Positions 11,188 to 24,699 of a stretch of 64,000 nt of DNA are shown piece after piece (the stretch's first letter is position 1; each line of letters starts with the position of its first letter). The notes beneath the pieces are model-generated. The model saw nothing but the letters and a program-made list of their open reading frames with translations, ran no database searches and was not told the origin of the DNA. Made by a program: the position numbers and the translations under genes. Origin of the DNA: Azolla caroliniana (Eukaryota; Plantae; Polypodiophyta). The stretch lies in contig JBHGNT010000010.1 of the NCBI GenBank assembly GCA_043228905.1, positions 7,006,001-7,070,000 of the forward strand. Reading direction: 5' to 3'.

Positions 11188-14100
11188 TTTTTTTGGTGAA
11201 AACATATCATTATATTAATAAATGTGTGTAAAAAACACTACTTACAATGGGTGTTACAATGGAGTATGGTCACCCACTAACTACACTACATGGGTAGTGG
11301 AAATGTTGAATTGCCAATAGGCAAGACGAACACTCCACCGAGGAAAGAATTTCCACATTAGTACTCCCTTCAACTTTCGTAGATATGCTTTCACTCCATC
11401 TCTACCATCAAATACAAAAGCATTACACATATTCCAATTATGACACAATCCCCAATATCTCAGAAATAGAAAAACGATCTCCATATTTGATTTTGGGTCA
11501 ATCTGTGTAAATTGTGCAAACACCCACTGTCTAGGTGTCAAATAACATCGTGATAAGACTTGCCAAATTTGAGAAATGTAACTCCAAATTTGACAAGCAA
11601 TCGTACATTGTATAAATAGATGAGTATTATCTTCCATTTGAATAGTGCAAAAAAAGCAATTACCCATTGCTAGTCCACGACGCTTTAGAGTTAATCCCAA
11701 AGGCAATCCTCCAATGAAAACTCTCCAAATGAAGACCTTTGCTACAAGTGGCAATTTAGAATGCCAACTACGTTGTAAGATCTGACACCACCCATGATCG
11801 GATTTGTGTATTCTGCATTCTTCTTTAGCCTTAGATGATAACCATCCAAGAGACTCAACAGAGTAATGATACAAAAGATTAGTAATCACTTGTAACAACG
11901 AAGTTTGACCCTTTAAACACCAATCAATCCACAATTGTTCTCCTATTTGTAGAGGTAAGAGACCTTGCATCAATGGAATATTTTGTAGTTGTTGCCAAAT
12001 AAACCCATAATTAGGCAGAATGCGTAATAATTGTCGCGCTTTAACAAACTCCAAAATTCTTTGAGATGGAGCCTCAACTATATCTCCCACCTCTTTGACT
12101 CCCAAACGAAACAAACGATTAAATTGAGAGCGCAATATCTCATTTCCTGGCCAACATAATAACCAAGAAGACACAAACAACTCTTTTCGCAAAGAATTAC
12201 AATGTTCTCTACTAGGTGATTGTTTCCATACACAACAAGAATGTTTCTTGCCATGAGGTAACCAAGTGTTGAACACATGTAGAGCCCAAAATCCTAAGTG
12301 AAATACATCCATTCAGTAATTGCCACCATGAAGCCTTAATCGTTCTCCTCCCATGTGTTAAACCCTTGTTCTCAATGAAATATTGAACAATAGATATCCA
12401 TGGTGGTTCGTTTGAACACGCGTCTTGTAATAATGAAAATCTACGAGCCATCATATGCTTAGATAAGTTCAATATTCCAGTTCCCCCCAACCGCTTAGGG
12501 GTTGCTAGATGATTCCACACAACCCAAGTGATTCCCATCTTATCCCTCTTCTTCCACAACAAATATCGAAGATGTTGCAAAATAGAATGCAAAGCCTTCT
12601 TTGTCCATGGCAACAATGGCAAGTAGTATAATATCATGGGTTCCATAATACATTGTACAACCTTCAAGCGTACATGATGACCAAGATTGTGACTTCCAAT
12701 ACATGAACTTATCCCTCAACTTACTAGACATCCATTCAATCAATTGACCATTTATAACATTCATTCCTAATGGATAGCCCAAGTGTCGAAAAATAGAGCC
12801 TTTCTTCACCACAGATTCTTGTCATCCTAAACATTCCAAATCCCTTTTAGTATATGATATGAGACTAGACTTCCGCCAATTAATATGTAATCCGGAAGCC
12901 AATGCAAATCGGTTCCATACAAACATCCCCTTCTCAAGATTCTCTCGTGAGGCTTGTAGAAACATGAAAGAATCATCAGTTAAAGCATGTGCTATTAGTT
13001 GCCCTCCAGACGGAAGGTGTAGACCCACAATGTCACCATTTGTTGCAAGCCTTGATAACATCACTAATAAGGGATGAGTAACAATAACAAACAACAATGG
13101 GCTAAGAGGGCATCCTTGACGAACGGATCTTGTGAGGGCAATATCTGATGTAACTCCCCCATTAATCTTGTCCTAATAAAAATATGAAATGAGAGATACA
13201 AGGTCCAAAGCCCATTGTATGCATTAACCCAAAAACAAAGGACCAATTAACATGATCATAAGCTTTCTCCAAATCTAATTGCACCATAATCAATTCTTGA
13301 TGAGTGTTTTGAGCATAATCCATGGCCATTTGAACATTCAACACATTATGCAATATATTCCTACCTGCAATAAAATGATATTGGGCGGGATGTATCAACT
13401 TTGGCAAATACTTTTGTAATCTATTTGCCGAGACCCCAAACCCCCCCCCCCCCCCCCCCCCCCCCCATCAAAGAAATAGGTCTCCATTGATGAAATTACT
13501 CGAGGATGCCACCTTTGGAACTAATTTAATTAGACCAACCTTCCAAGCTTGATGCATACGATCAGAATCCCAAGATTGTTGAAATATCAAAGTTAAGGGC
13601 CCCTTTAAAATGCTTGATTATCGCTTAAAAACTTCATTTGTCAAGCCATCCCAACCATGACTCTTACCACTAGGAAGATGCCTTAAAAATGTGTCCACCT
13701 CATCCTCAATGAAATCTGCATCCAATTCATGACTAATGAGGTCATGCACAATACATCCAACCACATCATAAAACTCATGACGTGCTCTACTCACCTCATT
13801 TGTCATTAACAATTGTGGGCCAATTAACTCCTTAAAGTAATGAACAGATATGTCAATTATTGTAGTAGGATCCACTATCCATTCATTCCCTCGCTTCACA
13901 TGTACCACATTCGATCGAGCATAAGTAGGATGTAACGCTTGGAAAAACAAATGAGATTGACATTGATTATCTATGAGCCCATCCCTCAATTATCGCATCT
14001 TCGCATAACGATAACTTTGGCATTGCAACTGAGAAATAATAACATGCATTGACTTTGGATATCCAAAAGCTCATCATCTAATGGTGCATGTATCAATAAT

Positions 14101-15619
14101 GCATTACACTTGGAGAGAACTTGTGAGAATTGTCGAAGAAGACCTCTTCTTCGTTGAGCATTAGTTACTCCATACATACGATGAATGATCTTAATGTTTC
14201 GGAACGTGATATCCCATGCTTTAACTCCTTTAAGATTCACTTCTTGTGAAAAAATTACCAAAATTTGCTCAATGAGAGAATCAAAGTGAGGTTGAAGCAA
14301 AAGAGAAGAGTTAAAGCATAATGGAGGCTTTCCAAGTAAGGATTTATACATGTCAATTGCATGATTACAAACCTCCAAACAAATAGGAAAGTGATCTGAA
14401 GTTCCTACATCTTGTAGAACTTTCATATGAAGTGATGTCGGTAAAAACGAATCATTGTGCATCACATACGTTCTATCTAACCGACTCCATGTTTGTCTAT
14501 GTTGAACGGGTTGGAAAGTAAAACCTAGATCATTCCCATGCAACCATGTCCAAACATCCAACTTCAAAACCTCCATAGCCAATGAATCCCAAGCAAGTTG
14601 CTCAGGATCATCCATGATTGAATGTTCATACGTAGATTGAGATGCATCAACACACATGTTAAAATCACCCATAAGTAATCCTCGACGACCTGCACATAGG
14701 GTTTGAAGGAGCGAGCCCCATAATGCAATACATTGTCGTGAAGATTTTCGGCAACGGTGTGAAAATTGTGTGCAACGAACGAAATTGAGAGGTGCAATGT
14801 GCATGTGTGAAAGGGGAGAAGACCAACGCATATGCTAGCATGTTGTAAATAGGACTGAAATAAGAATCATAAAAGAAAAGCTAGATGTAAAGTTAAAACA
14901 TGTGTGCGTGTGATGTGCGCTCAATTCTAAATATAAAAATAAGACTAAAGCCTAGTAACATTTAAGTGCATACATAAGGGTGGAAGCAAGGCTTGAACCT
15001 TGCACCTCCAAGATAAAAAAACAAATTAACTTACCACTAAAGCCACTACTAAATGCTGTAGACTTTGTATATTTTCTTTTCATATTCAGTATTTTGTAGG
15101 AAGCAAACATATAGAAACCGTGGGCACAAAACCATGGTTTTAGCCCATGGTTTCAGCTCGTGGTCTTAGCCCATGGTTTCAGCTTATGGTTTTAGCCCCG
15201 TGGTTTTAGCCCATGGTTTTTGCATGGAGAGACCTATAAAAGCCTATAGTTGGGCTTGTGTAAGGGAGGTAAGTGATGTAAGTAAAAGAGAAACTTTTAA
15301 TCAAAGATCTGAGCTATCCTAATGATGATGTATCTTGTCTCGTAAAACTAAAGTCAAGGGTTCAATCTCTATCTAAATCACTCTCTCTCTTCATCCATCT
15401 ATCTATCTTCAATACTTTCTCGTGTATGCGACTAAAAACATCGAATCCTTCCGGTCCAGGACCCCGGTGGTCCTGCTTCATTTCACGAACACGCGAGGAT
15501 TTCCTCGACAACGTTGAGTGGCTTGGTTAGGGGCATAAATCCCAACCACCCACACAACCTCGCCAAAAAAGTGATTTCTGTTAAGAAGGCGCTATGGCTC
15601 TTCTTAGTGCAACAATGAA
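11185..15619 (-). pseudogene. L1-clade LINE ORF2 (endonuclease, RT, zf-RVT), frameshifted
   Basis: IYAPN...LMGDFN...SRLDR...SDH (endonuclease); LDLEKAYDHV, RQGCPLSP, TDD (RT); CFFC...EDNTHLFIQC (zinc finger); A-rich tail at ~11185-11195. Confidence 0.9.
14734..15510 (+). mobile_element. 777-bp TGTCG...CGACA insertion (probable Gypsy solo LTR) with a 4-bp ACGT TSD
   Basis: Flanks are ACAT (14730-14733) and ACGT (15511-15514). Excision restores the L1 endonuclease frame IYAPNQATQRIALWGSLL. TATA-like CTATAAAAG near 15235. Homologous, inverted, to 39972-41262. Confidence 0.85.
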
Positions 15620-16199
15620 TCGTGATCGGCAATGGCTCGGCTCAAGCCTAAACTGTTTGGCTAAACCGGCTTAGCGGCTCGGTTAGGCTTGAGCCTGGCT
15701 TAACGGTTTGAGCTCAGCTGACCTTGGCTTGAGCCTCGCCAAACCGGCTCAAACTGGTTAAGCCGTTTAGAAACTTGAGATAGAGAGGGAGGGAGGGAGA
15801 CTACACAAACGAGGAGAGGGAGGGAGGGAGATAGGAGACTACACAGACGAGAGAGAGTCGTTTGTGTGCAATTCACATAGAGAGAAAGAGAGAGAGAGAG
15901 AGAGGAAGACTACACAAATGTGAGAGAGAGGGAGGGAGAGGGAGGGAGAGAGGGAGGCAAGGAGCTTGTATTCTACATAGTGGATTGTCTGAGAGAGAGG
16001 GAGGGAGGGAGGGAGGTTTCCAAACCGTTTGACAAACCGGTTTCCAAGCCGTTTCCAAAACCAGTTTAGGATCGGTTTGGTTTGGTTTTGTTCAAATGTG
16101 AGAACCCCAAAACAGTTTAGGCTTAACTGGTTTGGCTTACGGTTTGGCTTGGATAAGGCCAAATTGGCTAAGCCTAAACCGAACCGTTGTTGATCCCTA
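15620..16199. mobile_element. hAT-like MITE
   Basis: Imperfect ~28-bp TIRs (TCGTGATCGGCAATGGCTCGG... / ...CCGAACCGTTGTTGATCCCTA), many AAACCG motifs and a GA-rich centre. No TSD recognised. Confidence 0.65.
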
Positions 16200-16202
16200 A
16201 TG

Positions 16203-18210
16203 TGTAGGATCGCTTGTGTTCAAGGGAGAAAAAAGGGGGAAGGAGACTCACCTTTGTAGCCGCCCAAAAACGTTTTGTTTCATTACACACAGAAACCTCT
16301 CTCGTCTATCTACTTACTTCACTCTCCTACTCACTTTTACTTTTTACCTAAATATATAAGTGACTTACATATTCAGCTAATTAGTTGTGAGTAGCTAAAT
16401 AGTTGTGAACAACTAAATAACTGTTTTACCTATATGTCTAATAGTAGCTAATTTCCTAATAGCTATTAGCTACTCTAGAAGATCTTAGTTACCAATAAGC
16501 ATCACATGCTTTTGTTGAGCTTGTTTCTTAACACTCCCCCTCAATCTCAACTTATCCATTCTTGAGATCATCTTCAGTCTTCTTTCCTTCATGATTTCCA
16601 GCTATCATACCAATGCTTATAACTCCCATCATGTCCCTAAATTGTGTATGTTTTTCTATGCTTAGTCCATTTGTAAGAATGTCAACAACTTGCTAATTTG
16701 TACTTACATACAACATATCCACTTCTCCATCAATCACTTTTTCTCTAACAAAGTGATAATGCACTTCAATGTGCTTTGTTCGTGCATGGAACACTCGGTT
16801 TTTTGCGAGCTGAATACTACTCATATTGTCGCACCAAATTGTGACTTCACCATCTATATACTCTCCCAAATCAGCAACCAATCTTCTGATCCAAACTTTA
16901 TCACAAGTAGCTATTGCAACTCCTCTACATTCAACTTCAATACCTAATAATGCAACAATAGCTTGTTTCTTGCTACTCCATGAAATAGTTGCACTTCCCA
17001 ATGTAAACATATATCCACTCGTGGATCTTCTATCAGTTTGGCTTCCAGCCCAATCAACATCTGTTTATCCTTCTAACTTTATGTCCAGATCAGCCTTGTA
17101 AAACAGTCCATAGTTTTGAGTAGCTTTCAAAATTCTTTTAATACAATCCAAATGTGGCTTTGTTGGCTGTTGCATAAACTAGTTGACTAATCCAACTATG
17201 TAACTCAAATCAAGTCTTGTTATAGTCAAGTATATGAGGTTGCCCACCATAGACCTGTACATGTTCACATATGCTATTTTTGCTCCCAAATCAGCCCTCA
17301 ATTTGCAGTTCTTATCCATCAATAGGTTTGCATCCAAGCATTCCATATTTCCTCGGCATAGTTGTAACATATTGTTTTTGCAACATGTATATTCCACTTT
17401 CAGATTTGATCATCGCAATACCAAGGAAGTATTTCAGCTCTCGCAAATCCTTCATATGAAATTGCATTTCCAGAATTTTCTTCAACTTGCTTATTTCATC
17501 CATAGAATCACCTCCAATGATTAAATCATCAACATAAACCAAAATTACAACAATGCAATTTTTACATACAATGATGGATCAACCTTTGACATTTTGAAAG
17601 CAATTTTTTTCAGAAATTCTGAAATTTTTCTGTGCCATGCTCTCGGTGCTTGTTTCAGTCCATAGAAAGCCTTTTTCACAAACATATTCTGGATGCATCT
17701 TATTTTCAAATCTTGTTGGTTGACACATGTATACTTCCTCTTCTATGTTACCATGTAAAAAAGCATTTTCTACATCCATATGGTGTAGAAACCATCTTTT
17801 GGTTGCACTTACAACAAGTAGTGTCCTCAAGGTTGCCATTTTCGTAATCGGTGCAAATGTCTCGTCATAATCAATTCCTTGTATTTGGGCATATCCCTTT
17901 GCAACAAGTCTTGCTTTATGTTTAGTTACATTCCCATTGGAATCATGGTTTGTTTTGTAGACCCATTCGCAACCTACCATATTTTTCCCTTTTGCAATTT
18001 TACCAAATCCCATGTTTTATTTTCAGCCAATGCATCCATTTCTTCTTGCATTGCATTCACCCATCCATCTCTTATGAGGAGAACATGCCCCTCTCACATT
18101 CCATGTTACCACTTTCATTCAATCAACAATGTTATGGGTGCAACCAATGTCATAAAACTAATCAAAGCATGCTCCAATGTTGCATATGGATTTTCATGCA
18201 CACATCCTTA
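16203..18210 (-). mobile_element. Truncated degenerate Ty1/Copia element (RT, RNase H, 3' LTR)
   Basis: ORF remnants KHKARLVAKGYAQ, HMDVENAFLHG, VYVDDLII, ISWSSKKQ and HARTKHIEVHYHFVRE. PPT at 16534-16544 next to an LTR at ~16203-16533. Confidence 0.85.
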
Positions 18211-18229
18211 GGGCGGTCTATCGAAATCT

Positions 18230-19902
18230 TTTGTTTAGGTTCTCCCGCTTGACGAAAACCTCGAGAATTCGATGAATTTACAACCCATCCCAATGAATCA
18301 AATTGAAGGTGAAGGGGTAATCCCTTATCCCTAAATTATCTTTGCCAGCGCACCCTCCCTAGTTCCTGAATTTCTTTCCAAGTAGTCTCACGAGTAGTGG
18401 GCAAACTATTACGTTGCATATTCATTGATTTCCCCTTTGACTTGCCCTTAACCTAATGCCAATCCTTTTCAACAACAACATCACTACTAGTTCTATCCAA
18501 CGGGTTTTTTCCCTTATCTATACCCACCAAACTTTGTTTTTCCATATCCATATATTGACTTCCCTTATTCTTAGGGCCCAAACCTTGAAATGAAACCTCT
18601 TTATAACCTGCTCTAGATGATGTTCCTTCATCCATAACAACCACAATATCTGACACACAACATCTCTCCCAACTCCTTCCTTACCATTTCCTTCATTAGG
18701 AACCTCTATAGTTGAAGGACAGTGACGATGGCATTCCGCCATAAAGTGACCCCATTCACCACATCCAAAACAATGACTTGCAAATGTCTCCTGCTTCAAT
18801 TTAAAACAAAGTCTTTTCATACCATGTGTGTTCGTACACACCCATCCTAGCCTCTTACAGCTTGTATCCCATAACACACAAAATCTACACTTATTTGTAG
18901 CACTTATTTGCATGTGGAGATATCAACGCTTTACCCATTTGACTCATCAACTCTGGTAAAAATGGCCATAAAAAGCATGCTTACAATCCACTGTTACCCA
19001 AACAAGGCATTTCTTGTTTTAACAAAGTATGATAGTCCATAGCAGGGGACCATTGCATTACATGCACCAATCGTTTATCAAAAAACACAGGAACTTTAGC
19101 CAATAATGCACTTTGATGTTCCGGTGAACGAAACACTACATCATAAAACCCTCGTGGTTCTGCATATATATTTTCAACACAATTTGGTGACACGATTGTG
19201 TTCAACCATTGTTTAATCCAATTAATGTATGGGAGTTTCCCAGTAAAAAATAATATAACCGCACGATTATAGAATACATCAAAAGATTGCAACACTGCCT
19301 TAGCATCAACTTTCACATCATGCACATCCTCATCAATGCATTCTTTCGCATCATTTTCATTTTCTTCCACAATATCAGAAAACACGGTATTGGCAATTCC
19401 CCATAAATTATCTCAATTACAATGATCCTTGTCAACCTCATCTACATTTATTATTTCGGCATATGTCAATTTTTTCTCATTAATTTCTTCAATACCCTTA
19501 AAACTCTTACAATTTCCAATGTCTTCCCTTTCACGATTACATTCAACCATCGCATTACTCTTTTCTAGATCAATTGTTTCCATATCGATGTCCCCCACAA
19601 TTTATGAGGAATTCATGTTTATATCCATTATTCTTGATGTGATATCGATCCAAGATAAAAACCAATTTCCATGAACAATAGAGACAACCAGAACTCACCC
19701 GATTGAAGAGGTCAAAGATTATGAAGACAATTCAAGACCCGCAATGTGTGTTGAGTATGTGGATGTCGATAACACAAGATTCCTTGCTTCTATTGTTGCT
19801 TCTCATACAGACCACCAAATTTAACTTGTTATATTTCGTTACGAAGCTCTAATCAAGGGCTTTCTAACACTTGTGTTTGTGCCCAATTCCGTTGCCAATA
19901 GA
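18230..19902 (-). pseudogene. L1 ORF1 remnant (DUF4283-like region plus zinc knuckle), possibly the same LINE as 11185-15619
   Basis: RGFYDVVFRSPEHQ...VHVMQWSP and CFGCGEWGHFMAEC. Same strand as, and upstream of, the ORF2 remnant. Confidence 0.7.
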
Positions 19903-20652
19903 GATCGTGTTAGGAAACAGGTCCCTCCGGATGGGAAGTGAGAAGAACAATATTGATGAGCAAACTCGGCCGAGGCCGAAACCGGATGAAGAGTACCCGG
20001 CTACGGAAGACCCGGTGAGAACCGGATGAGGAGTACTCGGCTACGGAAGACCCGGAGAGAACCAGAGGAGGAGTACCCGGCAAGAGCCGAATGATGAAGA
20101 CCCGGTGAGAACCGGATGAAGAGTACCCGGAAAGAGCCGAATGGCGAAGGCCCGGTGAGAAGCGCTCACCGGATGAAGGGACATATTCGTAAATATGTTT
20201 CTGAGAGTCCATCGGGGCTATATGTGTAAATAGCCAAAAAGTCATATTAGTATAAATATGACTTAGGGCAAAATCTTTTAGTGTTGTTGTCATTCTTGTT
20301 GGCGCAAGATTAGAGCGCGCAACTATGTACAGAGAGAGTGAGAGAGAGGAAGAGGTCATTGCCTCTGATTGTAACCACCGCCTGTGGCGAAGATAGCAAG
20401 CTCGAGGTCGTGGCCTCGGTGCTTTCTTATTGTACATTCTGATATAGTGATAGTTTGCAGTCTGTGGGTTGCCGTGGTTTTTCCCGAGTTTGGGTTTTCC
20501 ACGTAAACATCCTGTGTACTCTTCTCTCTATCGTGTTGTCCTTTCATTCCCTATTTTCTGTGTTTTATTCTAGGCTCGGTTGTGGCCGAGCGTTGTTCAT
20601 CGGGAGCGTGTAGTTCCTGTCAAAGTGGTATCAGAGCGAAACCACACAGAAA

Positions 20653-23600
20653 ATGGACGATTCGTTGCGAGGCATGTTCAAGCTCACCGGCTCCAACTAT
20701 TCGGTGTGGAAGTCGAAGATGAGGGGCATGCTCGTGGTTAAAGATCTTTGGTTGCCGGTTCAGTTTGGGAACAAGAGATCAGACAAAATCAACGCCACGA
20801 TATGGGAGGTGATGCACATGAAGACAACGGATTACATACGGTGCTTCATCGACATGAGCCTATGCAACAACTTCAATGAAGAGAGCAAGGCTCATGAGCT
20901 CTGGAAGAAGATCGGCATTATGTTTCAAAATAAAAATGTTGTTAACCAGGTTTCGGTATTCTGGAAGCTAGTAAGACTCTGGTACCAAGATGGCTCCAGC
21001 ATGGCGGAGCACATGAATGCCTTCCAAGGGCTGATACACCAGGCAACATCATTGGAAGCACCTCTCGCTGATGAGGTACTAGTGCTACTCCTGCTCGGTT
21101 CCCTCCTGGATAGCTGGGAGATGTTGGTTGTCACTTTGGGCAATGTCGGGCCGGAAGGGAAACGGTTATCCCTAGCAAGAGTGAAGTCGAGCTTGCTAGA
21201 TGAGGAGGTGCGTCGGAAAGATAAGGATACGAGCTCCGACTCCAAAGCACTCCTTACCGAATCGGAACGTGGAAGACATAGAAATCGTAGTCCCCAGAAC
21301 CGGGAAAAGTCGGGGACACGGTCAAAGTCAAGGGGGAGGCCTACTTGCTTCTATTGCGGGAAGCCGGGACACTTCCAGAAGAACTGTCGGCATTTCCGGA
21401 AAGACAAGGAAACCGACAGTACCGATTCGAAGCAGACACCGGACTGGAACGGTAAAGACCGGAGGGGAACGGACCGGAAGGGAACGATGGCAATCGCGGC
21501 AAGTGAAGAAGAGTTGATGCTCATCACCGAGGAGAGTGAGATAAACCTTGCCGGCGACGAGATGACCTGGGTGGTCGACTCCGGAGCGTCGTTCCACCTT
21601 ACCCCGGACCGGAAATGCTTCTCATCCTACTCAGCCGGTGATCACGGCTTTGTCCGGATGGGGAATGAAGGTATATGCCAAATTGTCGGCATAGGAGACG
21701 CGTGGTTGACAACACCAACCGGATGCAAGTTGTTGCTGAAGGATGTCCGACACGTTCCGGAGGTTCGTCTAAACCTGATATCAGCCGAACAGCTAGATGA
21801 TGAAGGCTACACGGGTAGCATCCGGAACGGTGTTACGAAACTCAGCAAAGGGAGCCTGATTGTGGCTCGGGCCCGGAAGGTCAACACGTTGTACCTGATG
21901 AATGCCTGGTTATGCCCGGAAGAAGTGAACGTGGCATCTGACATTGCCGGTGAGCTGTGGCACAAGAGACTGTGCCACATGAGCGAGAAGGGGATGAATA
22001 GGCTTGCAGACGACAACCTCATTCCAGTGAAGAACGTGCACTTGGAGAAGTGCACTGATTGTCTGGCCGATAAACAAAACTGGACCTCCTTCCGATCGAG
22101 GCCACCGATGAGACGTAATGCACCACTAGAGTTGGTGCATACTGATGTGTGTCAAGTGGACACGAAGTCACATGCAGGATCGCAATAGTTCGTGACATTC
22201 ATAGATTACCACAGCCGGAAGCTGTGGGCCACACCGTTGAAGACGAAGGATCAGGTGTTATCCGTCTTCAAAGAGCTCCACGCGAGAGTGGAAAGAGAAA
22301 CCGGTCGGAAGCTGAAGGCGGTTCGAGCAGATAACGGAGGTGAATACCAGGGGCAGTTCGAGGAGTACTGTCGCTCGAAGGGAATCCGGCTCGAATTTAC
22401 CGTGCCGAAGACACCGGAACTAAACGGGCTGGCCAAGAGGATGAACCGGACCATAATGGAGAGGGTCCGGAGTATGCTGGCGCATGCAAAACTACCCAAG
22501 AAGTTTTGGGCTGAGGCACTGTCGACGGCGACATATGTGATAAACAGATCACCCTCAGTACCCTTGGACGGAGACACGCCACAGAGAGTCTGGACCAGTA
22601 AGGAAGTGTCCTACCGGCATCTGAAGGTATTCGGGTGTCTCGCGTATGTGCATGGAGCTAAGGACCGGAGAGGAAAGTTAGATCCAAAGACCCAGCCATG
22701 CATATTCCTCGGTTACGGCGACGATGAGTTCGGCTACCGAGTGTGGGACCTGGTTGACAAGAAGGTATTCCGGAGTCGAGATATTATCTTCATGGAGGAT
22801 AAGACGCTCACCGACTGGGAGTCGGAGAAGGAGATAATGAACTCCGAGTCAACCGGTAAGGATCGATTCTACGATGAGCAGACCCAACCGGCAAGAGATC
22901 GGTTAACACTCGAGGAACCAGCCGGTTACGGTGAGGATACCGAACCGGCAGAAGAAGAAGTAGAGGAAGCTGAAACCGGAACCGGCCAAGACCCCGAATC
23001 GGATTCGGATGAAGAGCAAATGGAGGAGCCGGTTACAGAAGCCCAAAGACGTAGATATCCTCTCAGAGAGAGAAGGCCCCCCCGGAGATTTCCGAATGCA
23101 GAGCATGTGTAGCTGATCGATGAGGGGGAGCCAGAAAGCTTCGAAGAAGCGAAGGATGACACCCACAGCCGCAAATGGTTAAGTGTCATGCAGGATGAGA
23201 TGGATTCCCTACATGAGAACCATACGTACGAATTGGTGGAGTTGCCGAAAGGAAAGCGGGCACTCCGAAACAAGTGGGTGTACAAGTTGAAACCGGGAGA
23301 TGCCGGCAAACCCCCGAGATACAGAGCCAGGATCATGGTGAAGGGGTTCCAGCAGAAGAAGGGCGTGGACTTCGATGAGATATTTGCCCCAGTAGTAAAG
23401 ATGACCTCCATTCGGATGGTGCTGAGTATAGCGGCAAGCATGGACCTCGAGGTAGAGCAACTGGACGTGAAGACAACATTCCTTCACGGTGACCTTGAAG
23501 AGGAGATCTACATGCAGCAACCGAAAGGATTCGTGGAGAAGGGGAAGGAGCACCTGGTATGCCGGTTGGAGAAGAGCCTGTACGGACTGAAGCAGGCTCC

Positions 23601-24699
23601 CCGACAATGGTACCGGAAGTTCGACTCCTTCATGATCGATCAAGGGTACCACAAGACGCAGGCCGATCAATGCGTGTTTGTGAAGAAGTTCGAAGGAGGC
23701 GACTTCCTGATACTCCTTCTGTACGTGGACGACAAGTTGATCGTCGGACGGAACCAAGCCAGGATACGGATGCTAAAGAATGCTCTCAACCGAACCTTCA
23801 CGATGAAAGACTTGGGTCCGGCAAGACAGATGTTGGGGATGCATATCATCCAGAACCGGCCAATGAAGCAACTCTGGCTGTCACAGGAGAAATACGTGAC
23901 AAAGGTGCATCAGTGGTTCAACATGTTAGAAGCGAAACCGGTCGGATCGACACTCCCGGCAAACTGCAGATTATCCGGTAAGCAAAGCTCGAAGACGAAA
24001 GTAGAGAAGGCCGATATGATGAAGGTTCCATATGCCTCTGCCGTTGAGAGCTTGATGTACGCAATGGTGTGTACCCGACCAGATATAGGATACACAGTCG
24101 GAGTGGTGAGCCGGTTTATGAGCAATCCCAACAAGGAGCACTGGAACGCGGTCAAATGGATACTATGGTACTTGAAGGGCACTTCAAATATGTGTCTCTG
24201 ATTCGGCTACGGAAAACCTCAACTTGACGGTTTTACCGATTCGGACATGTCGGCTGATGTGGATACCAGTTGGTCTACATCCGTGTATGTAATGACATAT
24301 GCAGGGAGAGTTGTTTCGTGGCAATCGAGACTGCAGAAGACGGTTGCGTTGTCAACCACAGAGGTGGAGTACATGGCGGTTGTGGAAGCCGGCAAGGAAA
24401 TATTATGGATGAAGGACTTCATCGGAGAGCTCGATATCCAGCAAGATGAATACCGGCTCTATTGCGACAGTCAAAGTGCCATCCACCTTCCTAAGAATGC
24501 GGCCTACCATTCCCGGACGAAGCATATCCAGCGAAGGTATCACTGGATCCATGAAAGAGTAGATGACCAGGAGTTCGCGCTGACGAAGATCCACACGGCC
24601 GAGAACGGGTCAGATATGTTGACCAAAGTACTGATACCCGACAAGCTGGATGCATGCCGGAAGCGAGTCGGACTAGTAAGACATCCCATGCCGGAGTGA
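20653..24699 (+). pseudogene. Copia A gag-pol polyprotein with three in-frame stops
   Basis: Single frame with stops ending at 22188, 23112 and 24201. CCHC knuckle, protease DSGAS, GAG-pre-integrase LWHKRLCH, integrase, RT YVDD, RNase H. Confidence 0.93.

Noticed and set aside
14734-14831. N-terminus of the 281-aa ORF 13986-14831
   Set aside because: It reads into the inserted element; the true endonuclease frame continues beyond 15514.
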